Below are positions 26,544-40,567 of a stretch of 64,000 nucleotides of DNA, piece by piece (positions within the stretch are counted from its first letter, which is position 1; the number at the start of each line of letters is the position of its first letter). The stretch spans positions 16,802,001 through 16,866,000 of the forward strand of contig OX597820.1 of the NCBI GenBank assembly GCA_951406725.2, written 5' to 3'. The translations under genes and the position numbers were made by a program. Under the pieces are notes generated by a model. That model searched no databases. It was not told the DNA's origin and worked only from the letters and a program-made list of their open reading frames with translations. The stretch is from Octopus vulgaris. Lineage: Eukaryota.

Positions 26544-26687
26544 ACCTATCCATTCTTGTTGCTTCATTCTCGCTTTTAATCACCCCACATTACTGTATTG
26601 TTAAATCAGTATAGTTTTTTTGGTGCATCTAAGTTAGGTACCATATTCAAGTAAATTCATTTAAATTAACTTGAATCTTTATTGCTT

Positions 26688-26778
<91 letters not shown>

Positions 26779-26782
<4 letters not shown>

Positions 26783-27534
26783 TCTATAATTATGAGTATA
26801 ATTATAATTAGGGTTCGGCAAAATTTGCTTCACCACATACCGGAATTTAGAAATAACAGTTAAACTACTATTTTACTACCATAAGATATCTCCCAGATAG
26901 CAAATACTCAACAACTCACGCAGGTAAAGAGAAAAAAAATAACGAATCCACCCGGCTTTGATTAACTGTATACGCGTTTCGGAGTTAGAGAGATGTGGAA
27001 AAAATGTAAAATCATATTTCTACTCTCTCATTCTCCTCATCAGTACGGTATTTCAAGATTTTAAATTTTAAAGCACTGATAATTAACATACGTATTTGAC
27101 CAAGCGACATCAAACAGCATATATCCAAAGACCAGTATTTCAAAATTCAAACAGACGAATGAGATCTCGCATTCCTCCTCACTCACCCACGTGTGCCAGC
27201 GAGTAAAATTCCGCAGAAACTGCAGTTTACTATCAGGGAGAGAATTATATTATCAATAATAATAAAGGGTAAAATTAATTAATTAATTAATAATTAATAA
27301 TTTTACCAAGTAGTTTGGTATGTTAAAAGAACCATTATCGGTAAACTTATACAAAAATTCTATAATTATGAGTATAATTATAATTAGGGTTCAGCAAAAT
27401 TTGCTTCATCACATACCGAAGTTTAGAAATAGCAGTTAAACGAATATTTTGCTACCATGCATCTGTTTGAATTCGGAAGTACTAGTCTTTGGATATTTGC
27501 TGTTTGATGACGCTTGGTCAAATACGTATGTTGA
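26779..27534 (-). mobile_element. (TA)n-anchored partial tandem element (576-bp period) with a terminal inverted segment and a hammerhead
   Basis: Direct repeats 26779-26882 / 27355-27458; 27460-27534 is an inverted copy of 27084-27156. Confidence 0.8.
26965..27049 (-). ncRNA. Type-I hammerhead motif, canonical core
   Basis: Reverse complement accgta-CTGATGA-ggag..gagag...ctctc..ctcc-GAAA-cgcg-TA-tacagt. Confidence 0.8.
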
Positions 27535-28480
27535 TTATGTGGTTTAGTGGTGAATATACGCGCTCTTGTTTACATTGCTAGCGAGAGGCAGTCGCTGCCA
27601 TCGACGTTGATGTGTGTGTATGTGTGTAGACTAGCAGATCGGCAAAAGTGACCAATAGAACAAGCACCTGACTTTAAAACAAGTACTGGGGTGATTTGGT
27701 CGACGAAAACCCTGCAAAGCGGTATACCAACATGACTTCAATCCAATGACTGAAATAAAAGGTTAAAAAATGAAAGATAAAGAGCTTTATCCTCAAAAAA
27801 GAAAACAAAACTCCAACATCTCCCGGATGAAGAGATAAAAACTTGTATTTTTAAGCAACGGATCATAAAGTTGCTGAAAAATTGTTCCTAGTAATAAAAT
27901 GCTCGGAAAAGTATTTAAAACGTGAGTAATATTATCTTTAAAATTCTTGTATATGGAAGTGTACAAAAAGTTTCTTTCAATGTTGAAATTAAAAGTTGTA
28001 TATAAATAATTCGTATTGCAACTGGGATAGCAAGATTAAGTACGTATGTTTTTTTTTGTTTACAAAGAAGTATAGAGATTCCATGCGGTACAAACGTTAA
28101 AAATCGACTTTCTGTTCTTTTTTGAAGCAATGGCAGTATATTCTGAAATGCACAATGAAATAAAGAAAAAGAAAATTCATGAAATCAATATTCTCACCAG
28201 ATCCGTGTCTTGATATGGGCATGTTGCAGGCACAAACTTGGAAGAAAATTTAAATTTACATATTTTGATAAACTTTAGGAAACATGGAGACATGAATACG
28301 ACAATATAGATATTTTCTTGGTGCAGAGTCATTCCTGTTGATGCAAAAACCAATCTGGATCAACGAAAGGAAGCAAAAGTATATCTTCATCTTAAGTTCT
28401 TATGTTTTTATGGATCCTTAATACCTGATAAAATAGTTGATATTTTTTTAAAGCGGGTGATTTTATGTATAAAATATATA

Positions 28481-29062
28481 CTCTTTTACTCTCTTTATTC
28501 TTTTACTTGTTTCAGTCATTTGACTGCGGCCATGCTGGAGCACTGCCTTTAGTCGAGCAAATCGACCCCAGGACTTATTCTTTGTAAGCCTAGTACTTAC
28601 TCTATCGGTCTCTCTTTTGCCGAACCACTAAGTTACGGGGACGTAAACACACCAGCATCGGTTGTCAAGCGATGCTGGGGGGACAAAGACAGACACACAA
28701 ACATATACACGCATCCATCCATCCATCCATCCATCCATCCATCCATCCATCCATCCATCCATCCATCCATCCATCCATCCATCCATCCATCCATCCATCC
28801 ATCCATCCGTCCGTCCGTCCGTCCGTCCGTCCGTCCGTCCGTCCGTCCGTACGTACGTACGTACGTATGTATGTATGTATGTATGTATGTATGTATATAC
28901 GACGGGCTTTTTTCGGTTTCCGTCTACCAAATCCACTCAGAAAGCTTTGGTCGGCCCAACGCTATAGTAGAAGTCACTTATCCAAGGTGCCACGCAGTGG
29001 GACTGAAACCAGAACCATGTGGTTGATTAGTAAGCTGCTTACTACACAACCACTCCTGCGCC
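28481..29062 (-). mobile_element. SINE family A, full length, with an internal (CCAT)(CCGT)(ACGT)(ATGT) tract
   Basis: Both ends match the 17424 copy. Confidence 0.9.
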
Positions 29063-29339
29063 TCTATATATAGTTTATAATGAGAATCAGATATTCTCCT
29101 TGTAGAATATAACTTAGTAGTGCTCAAGAGGTTTAAACTTGAGCGGGAAGAGGAGTAAATGTAAGGATAAGCAAGTTAGGCAGGTCGATATACAAAGAAT
29201 ATTAAATGCATTAAATATAAAAAGGTATATATGCTTATATACGAAAAGGTCAGACAGAGAATAAAAATGATGTCAACAATGAAAGGGGTTGAACCCCTAT
29301 AAAATGGTACTCCTCATACAAACCTGGTTTATTGAGACT

Positions 29340-30002
29340 ATAGACAATGTGAGAATCTGGGGATCAGAACACCCCCATGTGACTAGGGAGCTTCAACGGG
29401 ATAGTCCAAAAGTGAATGTGTGGTGTGGAATCATGTGCAATCGAATAATTGGTCCATTTTTCTTCAACGAGGCAACAATTACTGCAGATGTTTACCTCGA
29501 CCTTCTGACCGAATATGTGGCACCACAACTGATTGATTTACAACCAACCATTATTTTCCAGCAAGATGGTGCACCACCACATTGGGGACGGCATGTTCGT
29601 CAGTTCCTCAATCAAACATTTCCAGACAGATGGATTGGAAGAGATGGGCCAATTCCATGGCCACCGCGTTCGCCAGATATCACTCCCTTGGACTTCTTTT
29701 TATGGGGTTATGTAAAAGATACCGTGTATCAAACAAAGATACGAGACAATGCTGACTTGAAGCAAAGGATTCGTAATGCCATTGCCACCGTTGATGAGGC
29801 TATCCTACAGCAAACATGGCAAGAAATCGAGTACCGTCTTGATGTGCTTCGCGCAACTAATGGTGCCCATATTGAGGTCTATTAAATAACAGTTAAAAAA
29901 CTTTAATAAACAATTATTACAATAAAACAAATCTGGTTAAGATATCTTGCCAACTGCCTTTGTAATAAAATTTTAAAATTGTAAAGAGACTTTATGAACA
30001 CC

Positions 30003-30005
<3 letters not shown>
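29340..30005 (+). mobile_element. 3' half of a DD41D (rosa/Visitor-type) Tc1/mariner transposon
   Basis: Open frame to 29885: VNVWCG..IIGPFFF..FQQDGAPPH..WPPRSPDITPLDFFLWGYVK with 41 residues between the 2nd and 3rd D; 3' TIR ...ctttatgaacaccctg followed by TA; 5' half absent. Confidence 0.92.
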
Positions 30006-30072
<67 letters not shown>

Positions 30073-30153
30073 TTTTTTATTTAATGTATTTAATATTCTT
30101 TGTATATCGACGTGCCTAATTTGCATATCCTTACATTCACATCTTACATTCAC

Positions 30154-30199
<46 letters not shown>

Positions 30200-30523
30200 T
30201 GTATATAAAATAGTGTACATTCAAACACAAGAGAAAACTCCGGAACTATGTGGTTGGTAAGCAAGCTACTTACCACTTTTTGTGGGTTCGAGGTCGTTGT
30301 GAATACTTGGTAGGGAAGAAGAAGAAGAAGAAGAACAGCCACTCCTGCGCCTATATATTATATATTATATAAAAAGAAGAAGAAGAAGAAGAAGAAGAAG
30401 AATGTGGGAGTGCCATGACAGTAGTATGTTAAATAGTCAATTGCCCGCTGTGGATGGTAGTAGTAATTGTTGAATCCCTGAAACATCTCTTTTGAATGTT
30501 TTGTTTATGAAATTTACGTAGGA

Positions 30524-30590
<67 letters not shown>

Positions 30591-30682
30591 CATACATACA
30601 TACATATATATATACACACACACATATGTATATGTACATATTTATATATTTATGTATTTGTTTATATATATCTCTGTATATA

Positions 30683-30722
<40 letters not shown>

Positions 30723-30794
30723 ATTACAGATACACATATATACTCACATACGTATATACACTCGTATATATATGTTTATATATATCTCTGTACA

Positions 30795-30847
<53 letters not shown>

Positions 30848-31596
30848 GTACATACAGATGCACATATATACTCACATACGTATATACACACGTATATATA
30901 TTTACATACGCAGATATACTTGTATCATTTCTTAAATTTTTTTCTATAAGCTCCACAACACTATTTGGATTGCAACAAATTTAAAAGATCTTGTCACATA
31001 TTATCCGATTCTCGCCGCTCCTCTCTTCTCCTTAAATTCTCCTCACCATCTCTCCTTCCTGTATTCTCTTTTGTTCCGCTTATTGCTCTCCCTTTTTAAT
31101 TTTTTTTCGCTCTTTTACTTTAAGAGCTTATTTTACCAATTCTGTCTTCCATATTTCTCTCATCCAAAACATTTATCGATTGGTGTTTAGTCCTCATTGA
31201 ATGACATAAGTTTGTAGGATTAATACTTCTTTTGATGTGCAAACGGTTTATAAATGGTGGAAATAATTATGAGAAACAACGATTCCGGAAGAAGGCAGCA
31301 AAACGGAAGTAAATAGTTACTTGGTGCATTGTTTACGCACGAGTATCATAAAAAGGAGTTTCATAATTACTGAAGAACACGAAATATTTTGAATTAAGTT
31401 CAATTTAATAGAATTTTGATTTAGTAAAGCCTGAGCATAATACGAGCGTTTACTGCACACCGTTAGATAAAAATATTAAAGCATTTTCATAGTCTTTCGT
31501 TAAAAATATTATATTATCTTTGAAGTTTAAATACAATAACGCACAAATGAAAATTAGTTACATATGCCTAAATATGGATAAAATGTTAAATAGTAT

Positions 31597-32092
31597 GGCT
31601 CAAACGTGGCTATGTGGTGGAGTAGCTTGTTTCCCAACCATTTGGTCTTGAGTTCGGTCACATTGTGCAGCACCTTGGGCAAATGTCTTCTACAATAGCA
31701 CCGAGCCAACCAAAGTCTTGTGAGTGGATCTGGCAGATGGAAACTGAAAGAAGTTCGTCGTATGTATGTATGTATGTATGTATGTATGTATGTATGTATG
31801 TATGTATGTATGTATGTATGTATGTATGTATGTCATTATTCAGTTTATTTCAAGATTTCTTGCCAACAGAGAAAGAACCGGTTTCTAACCTAGATCCAAG
31901 GCTCCTTCAGTGGAATTTCAACATCAACTACAGGGTGTTTTTGCTTGCATGTATGTATGTGTTCAGATTTGTATGTGGAGCTTTTAGGTGTTTTCGCTCA
32001 ATAAACACACACAACTCCCGGTCTGGGAATCGAAACCGCGATCCTCCGACCGCGAGTCCGCTGCCCTAAACACTGGGCCATTACACCTCCAC
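31597..32092. mobile_element. Nested cluster: SINE A head (+), (TATG)n, REL-LINE tail 31829-31975 (-), SINE C head 31975-32092 (-)
   Basis: Each piece matches longer copies elsewhere in the window. Confidence 0.75.
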
Positions 32093-32845
32093 GAGTATAC
32101 GTTTAGTATGCGCTTTATTTGAAACACGCTGGAATGCTGAATATAAAAGTATCAAGATTTTTCAATTACCGTTGAAAATACTTTTGATCAGTTCTCTATA
32201 TCGGTCAATACAGGTTCATGTAAACACACTGAAACACTTATTAATTGTAGTCTGCTTCTAGTCTAGCAACATCTCTTGTTTGTCTGGCTATTATTTCAAC
32301 CTGTTCGATCCAATTAAATTCTTAAACTCAAGCTCTCCAAGTTATTAAGCACAGATTAATAAAAGTGTGCAATCATATCCAGGAGCTCTTAAATGTGTCG
32401 TATGGCCTCAGGAAAAAGACAGGAAATCAATTAAAGAAAATGCTGCCGGAAGTTCAATAATTGATCAAATAAAAAAACTGGAATTTATTTAACACTTCTC
32501 AGACAATATGGGCAGCAGAAATTCCGCTCCCATGTTGATTGCTTTTAGTTTTTGTTATGAAAGGATTTCGATCACCCATCAAGTGACTAAAGGTGGACTA
32601 ACTCATTGTTATAAAACAAAGAACTGTGAGCGATTGGCAGTTCGTGTTGGTAGCAGTTCAATGTGAGCCTTTGATATAGAACGTTGGGTCTCGTGTAATA
32701 GTAATAGTAGTGCGTCCTGTATATACTCCCCCCTGCTTCGTTATATTATATATCCAATACAAAGATATAAAAGTTTTGTGAAAGAATATATTTTTAGACC
32801 GGTTTATATGCTACATTTGTATTCCATTATGTCCATATGCTATAT

Positions 32846-33145
32846 GTTTGTTCCTTCTCAAGCCATGCTTGGCTCATAAGGGCCGGTTTCCCGGTTTCCT
32901 TGGCGTATAGGTTCCCCACCTGGACGGGACGCCGGTCCGTCTCAGGTGAGCTGCAAGATGTAGGAGGAAAGAGTGAGAGAAAGTTGTGGCGAAAGAGTCA
33001 GCAAAAGTTCGCCATTACCTTCTGCTAGAGCTGCATGGATATAGGTGTTTCGCTCATAAATACACACATCGCCCGGTCTGAGATTCGAACCCGCAATCCC
33101 TCGATCGCGAGTCCGCTGCTCTAACCACTAGGCCACGTGTCTCCA
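32846..33145 (-). mobile_element. SINE with family C head and a different 3' part, 12-bp TSD
   Basis: TSD catatgctatat at 32834-32845 and 33146-33157. Confidence 0.85.
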
Positions 33146-34329
33146 CATATGCTATATATGAAGTCCATTATTGAAAAGCCGATTTGCTACGTGAAATGAA
33201 GAAAATTCTCTTCTTATGCTACAAATGAAGAAACTTATCTATCTACATATCAGATCAAGCGATTTGTCCGGACCAATGCAACTCACCTACGCCAGATATC
33301 CTGATATTTCATTAGCAGTCCCCATATCCTCCACCTAACAGGTTGAAGAAATGAAAACTGCCCTTCTTGGCCTGCCGATACCTATATGTACAAGCATGGG
33401 TACATAATATATATATATTTTATACGGAAGCATCGAGCGAATCTCGTGTGGTGAGTAGCTTAATCAGCGTAGAAATAACAGTTAAAATCTCCCTCAAAGT
33501 AACACCGAAACGTATTTAAAGCGGAAGAAGTTGCATTGCCTTATGTCTGACATTAAGATAGATGGTCATGATTGGAATATCTTTGGTCACAAACCTACTC
33601 AATCACGTATGATCTGAAGTCAAATGCAACAACAACAAAACTGCAAAAACATTTCTCATACAACCAAACAAAGAATATATCACTGCTTCAAAAGAAGAAA
33701 AAGTTTCCCCCGGGTAAAATTCTTACAGCCATTGACATTATCAAAGCCTTATATTCCATCGTTCGCTCACGATTTTAACACAAAATACTCTCAAAACCAC
33801 TTCAGGAAACAAGGCAAAATGTTGGCTACTAAAGTACTTCCGTTCACCAAATCCACTCACAAAACATTGGTCGACCCGGCGCTATAGTGTAAAGTACTTA
33901 CCAAAGTGGGATTGAACCTGAAATCATGGATGTAGGAAGCAAGCATCTTACCACATATCCACACTGGTTGCAGACTTTTCCTTCAGAAGATTTAGAGCGC
34001 AGAGTGTTGGGTTACATTATATATCATATTTTTAAAGCTAACATTTATATAAAAATTAAAAGATAACTGAATTTAAAAGTGTATTCTGATTTATATCTTG
34101 ATTATATAAATTTTTTTTCAAATGATCATCCTATGTAATAAATCTTATTGAAAACAAAAATTCTGGCTTCTTCGATAAGCACTTGAATCAACAACGCCTA
34201 AAATATTACATTCTTAGGAAAACACTTTTAAAGCAAATGTACATAAATACATTAGCATATGTGCATGTATGTTCATACACACGTATATATGTATATATAC
34301 ATATATGTAAGTATGTTTGAGTATTTCAT

Positions 34330-34384
<55 letters not shown>

Positions 34385-34388
34385 GACG

Positions 34389-34486
<98 letters not shown>

Positions 34487-34489
34487 ATA

Positions 34490-34680
34490 TATAGTGGAAA
34501 ATGACGGAAAGTACAACACAAAGACGAGGTGAAACATCAACACAGACTTGGTATTAGTTTGATGTTCAGGAAATGTTGGGTGGTGGTAAGATGGAAATGC
34601 TATTAATATTTCGAGCAGACGCTCTTCTCCTGAAAGACAAGATGTAAATAGAGATAAAAAGAACACACACCTAAGGTAAA
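34490..34680 (-). mobile_element. Old copy of the 10938-type repeat, hammerhead core decayed
   Basis: tttcgagcagacgctcttc retains stem II + GAAA only. Confidence 0.5.
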
Positions 34681-36484
34681 AGAAAAACTCCTTAAATCTA
34701 ATAAAGTAAATATTTAATGCGTGGGATTATAGCTCCCGTTTGGACAGCCTGCTACTCAGAGTTTCACAAATATGGACTTGAACATTCTTTAGACGGTGCT
34801 GATCGATGAAATAGCTTCTGTGACCAGTTGGAAGAGCAAAATGGCTTCTTAGGTAGTACTGTTTGAAAAATATCAGAAAATAGAAGATGAAACTCTGAGT
34901 AATATACTCTAGGGAGACGGAAATATAACTCTACACGGGCACGCTAACATATACACAGACAGACATACACAAACACATACGCACATTCTAATAATGCATA
35001 TATATATATACACACATACATGCATATAAGTATGGATATGCATTACATATATATACATAAATGTGTATATAGATATATATATATATATATATAGATGCAT
35101 GCATGCATATATACATACATACACACATAAATACATGCATACATTCATATGTATGCATATATGCATATATGTATTTAACTATATATCTATATATATATAT
35201 GTATGCATGTATTTATGCATGTATGTATGTATTCTAGTATAGAGAAATATGTACTATACATTTATGTGTATATACATACATATATATATATATATGTATA
35301 TATATATATGTATATATATATGTATATATTTACATACACTAATGTATGAATGTATCGTTAGTTACATATATACATTGGGTATACAAATAACACGCACCCA
35401 TACACACATAAAAACGCACATATATGCGTACGTACATACATGTATACATACATCCATACATGCATTCTTATGTGTGCTTGTTTAAGTAATCCTGTGTGCG
35501 TATGTTTGACTAAGTTATGTTTGTTATCGTAATCACTAAATAGGTTTCGTTTCCTTAAGACATCAATAAAAGTATATTTGCTTATCTCTCTCTCTGTCTC
35601 TCTATCGTTCGCTCTCTCTGTGCTGGTGAGATAGAGCTGGTGTGTATGTGTGCGTGTTTGTGGATTTGAATACGTGTTTATGTTTGTTCTTGTGCTGCTA
35701 TCAACTTTGTCTCCTATGTCCGTCGTGGGCGAGCAAGATGGCGAGAAATCGAAAAAGTACATAAATTTGAAGTAACACCAAATCATAAATTGCAGGCGAA
35801 GCTCATTGCCTGAGTCCATACTGTATCATTACACCAGATTTTGATTCATTGGTTCGTTTCTTCAGAAGCATATTTCAACGAATTCTTGAATTAATTAATT
35901 AACTACACTTCTTGCGGTGGCGAATGTAAAAATAACAAATTCTGGTATTTCCTAATATCACTCGTAAATATTTATCTGGTTGTTATAAATCTGAAGTTAA
36001 AAGCAACTGCTGAGTCATAAATTATCTTTTTCAAATGCATTGCTATTTAGTAGCGTAGGTAAGGAAAATTTATAGTTATAAGTATACAGATATATGTGTG
36101 TGAGTGTATATTTGTAGGTCTCTCAACGTGCGCCTGTGTATTCCAGTTTTAATGTATGCGGGCGCCCCTGTAATGTATGTGGACGCTCCCGTGTTAATGT
36201 ATGCAGATGTTTTTTCGTGTGTGCGCGAGAGAGCTTTCCTCAGTCTGTCTCTTTGCGTGGATTTATGTGTTTCTGTCGTTGGATGAATATATGAATGTCT
36301 CTATGGGCATAAAAATATCCTATAACTTTTAGTGAGTCGTCAATGAGACTCAAAACTAATTCAGAGAGAAAAAAAAAACTCTTCCTGAAGTTTGACTGAG
36401 TTTCGAACTCACATGCCGAGTAGGTCGTTTAGGAAAGATTTCGGGCCATGGTGGAAGCAAAGGGTTGCCATTTTGAACTTTTTC

Positions 36485-36717
36485 TTTTATCATTTCTTTT
36501 ATTTGTTTCAGTTATTTGACTGCGGCCATGCTAGATAATCATCTTTAGTCGAGCAACTTATTCTTTGTAAGGACTTATTCTTTAAGTTTGGTACTTATTA
36601 TATCGGTTTCTCTTGCCGAACCGCTAAGTGACGAAGACGTAAACACACCAGCATCGGTTGTCAAGCGATGTTGGGAGGACAAACACAGACACACAAATAC
36701 ACACACACGCACACACA

Positions 36718-36786
<69 letters not shown>

Positions 36787-37163
36787 TATACAACGGGCTT
36801 CTTTCAGTTTCCGTCTACCAAATCCACTCACAAGGCTTTGTTCGGCCCGAGGCTATAGTAGAAGACACTTGGCGAAGATGCCACACACTGGGACTGAACC
36901 CAGAACCATGCTGTGGGAAAGCAAGCTCCTTACCACACAGCCATTCCTGCGCCTGTGTATATATAATACTTTAAAGGCGGCGAGTGGCAGAAACGTTAGC
37001 ACGCCGGGCGAAATGCTCAGCGGTATTTCGTCTGAGCTACGTTCTGAGTTCAAATTCCGCCGCGGTCGACTTTGCCTTTCATCATTTCGGAGTCGATTAA
37101 ATAAGTATCACTTGTGTACCTCTTCCCAGAAATTGCTGGCTTTGTGCCAAAATTTGAAACCAA
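36485..37163. mobile_element. SINE A (36485-36953, -) head-to-head with SINE B (36974-37163, +)
   Basis: Matches to family consensus motifs. Confidence 0.85.
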
Positions 37164-37601
37164 TATATATAACAATCAAGCTTTAAACTTTCTCTAACCA
37201 AAACCTAAATCTTTTTATTTTATGATAAAATGAATAACGGGTAAATATATATTCCTAATCCGGTATTTTAGGAGTTAACTGAAGTGACATGGTCAAACCA
37301 CGATCTAGTCTCCAATGACACTTTTCTTGTCGAGGGAGTAACAATTTTTGATAGTTTCTGACAACGCAACTTCGGTAACTCACACCAACAGATTTGATAT
37401 TACTTCGATGCCTAGAGGGTCATTTTAGAGAAATTCATTTTGTTGCAAGCTCGCCACAGAGATTTGTAATTAACGCAAACTCAAGGTGTACTACACAATT
37501 TACACTTGTTTAAATTCTTTCAAAACAACACTAAATCTGCTGCAATATTCTCCTTCCGTTTCTCTTAATATCTGTGAACTCCAATCTTTCTTACATATCA
37601 A

Positions 37602-38166
37602 TTGGGTTGTCCGGAAAGTTCATGCCGATTTATAGTAGCTTACATTTCGACTTATTTTAGAACATGGTTGAGTTCATAAAATAGGATTTGACTACACCTC
37701 CATTTAGAGCACAGTCTAAGCTATCTTTTCGTGGAAGAAGGTTCATGTTCCTATAACCTGTGTTAATTCTGTAAGCCTTTAAAATGGAAGATATGAAAGC
37801 TCATTTTCGGCATTTGATGCTTTGGGAACTAGACAAAAATTGCTGCAGCTCGGTTGGGATGTGTTACCCCACCCTCCATATTCACCAGATATTGCTCCTT
37901 CGGATTTCCACTTATTCAGGTCTCTGCAGAATAGTCTTAATGGTAAAAATTTCAATTCCTTGGATGACGTAAAAAGATACCTTGATGAATTCTTTGCCAT
38001 GAATCCACCTCAATTCTGGGAAGAAGGTATTTTCAAGTTAAAGGAAAGATGGAGACGCATTGTGCAACAAAATGGTTCATATTTGATTGATTAAAAATGT
38101 AATGGCAAGTATTTATTGACCTTTTTCTTTCCTTTAAAAATGGCACGAACTTTACGGACAACCCAA
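37602..38166 (+). mobile_element. Internally deleted mariner element with both TIRs
   Basis: TIRs ttgggttgtccggaaagttcatgcc / ggcacgaactttacggacaacccaa-TA; N-terminus MEDMKAHFRHLMLWE fused at ~37827 to TRQKLLQLGWDVLPHPPYSPDIAPSDFHLF. Confidence 0.93.
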
Positions 38167-38715
38167 TAACAACCTCACAAAACCATAACCACCAGTCGCA
38201 AACGACTATGATTTGGTGACGTGTACAATGCTTTCATTATTTGCTTTCGATACTTGTGTACTCGCGTGTGGACAATGATACCCTCTCGTTTTCTTTTTCA
38301 CTTCTAGATCAAGTAGAATATCCAAGATCTGATAGATGGAAGGATAGAGGGTTGCGTCAGCAACGGACTGGTTTTCGTTTTCTTTTGAGCAGACTGGTGT
38401 GACATAAAAGAAAATGCCTACTCAAAGACACAATGCGCTGCCCGAACCTGAAATTGAAACCACAATCTTAAGCTTGTGAGCACAAGATCCTAACCAAAAC
38501 GTCATGCGTCTTCAAATATCACCACTTGCCGTCACAACCACAAATACTGTTCCGCTTTGATATGCAGATTTTTCACTTCTTATTTACTATTTCCGCTCTC
38601 CTCGTTACATCCTCTCAGTAAATTTCACTCTGAAAGGTGGTGATTGCGCATACATAGATACAACCTTCTTCGACTCTTACCTATGTCAATTAAAAATCAG
38701 AAGTAAAGGCGGCTA

Positions 38716-38952
38716 TCCTTGTTTGTCCCCTCTGTGTGTAGCCCATTGTGGGCAGTAAAAAAAATAGGTATTTCGTCTGCCGCTACGTTCTGAGTTCAAA
38801 TTCCGCCGAGGTCGACTTTGCCTTTCATCCTTTCGGGGTCGATAAATTAAGTACCATTTACGCACTGGGGTCGATATAATCGACTTAATCCGTTTGTCTG
38901 TCCTTGTTTGTCCCTCTCTGTGTTTAGCCCCTTGTGGGCAATAAAGGAAATA
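38716..38952 (+). mobile_element. SINE family B tandem fragment
   Basis: 3' end joined to a head-truncated unit by aaataggtatttcgtc at ~38768. Confidence 0.85.
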
Positions 38953-38999
38953 AGTAAGGACTTCCACTTACTCCGCTCAGACATTGCTCACTTAACGCC

Positions 39000-39330
39000 T
39001 CAAATTCAGCTGCTTCTTCCACCGGTGTCCCAAATTTTCCGTCTATCAATAATTTTCGACCATTTCTCTTCTGTTTCGAGGACAAATATCTCACGTTGTC
39101 CTTCTCTCAATGATTTCAGCGCTCAAAACTCCTCATGGCTTGCATTCTTACACCTATATTGGTAACGGATCTTTTGCAACTCTCAACTCTCTACATTAAT
39201 TAGTTTCATGTCTAACGTTTCTCTGACAGACACCTGGTCTATTTTTCTCACCTTCAAACTCAACCAGCACAAGACAATCGCCATCCTAGGACTTCACACA
39301 CACCATCCAACTACTTACTGCCTTATGGCA
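39000..39330 (+). pseudogene. Highly decayed LINE apurinic-type endonuclease fragment
   Basis: NDFSAQNSSWL resembles GDFNAH..W; [14 protein letters not shown] resembles L.QLV..PT. Confidence 0.45.
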
Positions 39331-39471
39331 ACTACCCACCCACATTCTATATCAACGTCGTGTTTGCGACAAAAAATTTTATCGGAGCCATTCATAAATA
39401 TATATAACGGCGTTCTGTCTCTGTCTCCCTCCCTCTCTTTCTCTCTCTCTTTGTATACATACATACAAGTA

Positions 39472-39551
<80 letters not shown>

Positions 39552-39613
39552 CATCCATCAGTCCGTCCGTCCGTCCGTCCGTCCGTCTGTCTATCTATCT
39601 ATCTCTCTATCTC

Positions 39614-39654
<41 letters not shown>

Positions 39655-40334
39655 ATATATATATATATATACATACATATATATATATGTAGATAAAACG
39701 TATACTTTTATATGCACGCATGTATGTATAAGTACGTAAGGTTGTATACACATACGTGCGCATGCGTATATTTATGTATGTATGTATATATCTAGTCAAA
39801 GTTTATTATAACCGACATCCAGCCACATCGAGTCTAATTTGAGTCTAACAAATCCAATACTTCAAAAGTAGAAGTTATACACTAAGCTAACTCTGTGGCA
39901 ACTCTTTGCAATGGCTCCGCTAGAATCGTTAACTGAAGAACTGGCTGTCTAAAACGATATTGGTAATGGCTTCAGTTGATCGTTTCCTTGTTGTTGCTGT
40001 TGTTGTTTCTGTTGAAGTGTTGATATTCCAAGCAATGGTGATGATGGACGGTGTAAAGAATAGCTGATGTAAGTAGCGGTGGTGATGATGGTGGTGGTGG
40101 TGGTGGTGTTGGTGGTAAGACGAGCGCGACAACGGTGGTGACGTTGATAATGGTCGTGTTTTTAGTAAGATACTGGCGTAAATGGCAATTCTCTTGTTGC
40201 TGACGGTGGTGATGACGAAGATAGTGTCGTTGGTAAGCTGATGGTGTTGGCAATGGTTGCGATGATAGGGTGGTAGTGGTAAGAAATAGTGACGATAGTG
40301 GTGAGATTGGGGAGGGAGTGGTATGTTGGTGGCC

Positions 40335-40567
40335 AAGGCGGCGAGCTGGCAGAAACGTTAGCACGCCGGACGAAATACTTACCGGTATTTCGTCCGCCGC
40401 TGCGTTCTGAGTTCAAATTCCGCCGAGGTCGACTTTGCCTTTCATCCTTTCGAGGTCGATTAAATAAGTACCAGTTACGCACTGGGGTCGATGTAATCGA
40501 CTCAATCCGTTTATCTGTCCTTGTTTGTCCCCTCTGTGTTTAGCCCCTTGTGGGCAGTAAAGAAATA
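40335..40567 (+). mobile_element. SINE family B, full-length monomer with TSD
   Basis: TSD ggtatgttggtg(g/a)cc at 40320-40334 and 40568-40582. Confidence 0.9.

Larger units (their letters stand above)
25695..26574. repeat. ~266-bp near-perfect inverted repeat (25695-25961 / 26309-26574) with a 347-bp spacer; each arm carries a hammerhead
   Basis: agcgagaatgaagcaacaag...cacagaattttaaaaaa mirrored; abuts (TA)n on the left. Confidence 0.92.

Noticed and set aside
29289-29885. 198-aa ORF as a functional or domesticated gene
   Set aside because: Lacks the HTH and first catalytic Asp; retains a TIR; the N-terminal ~18 aa are unrelated flank
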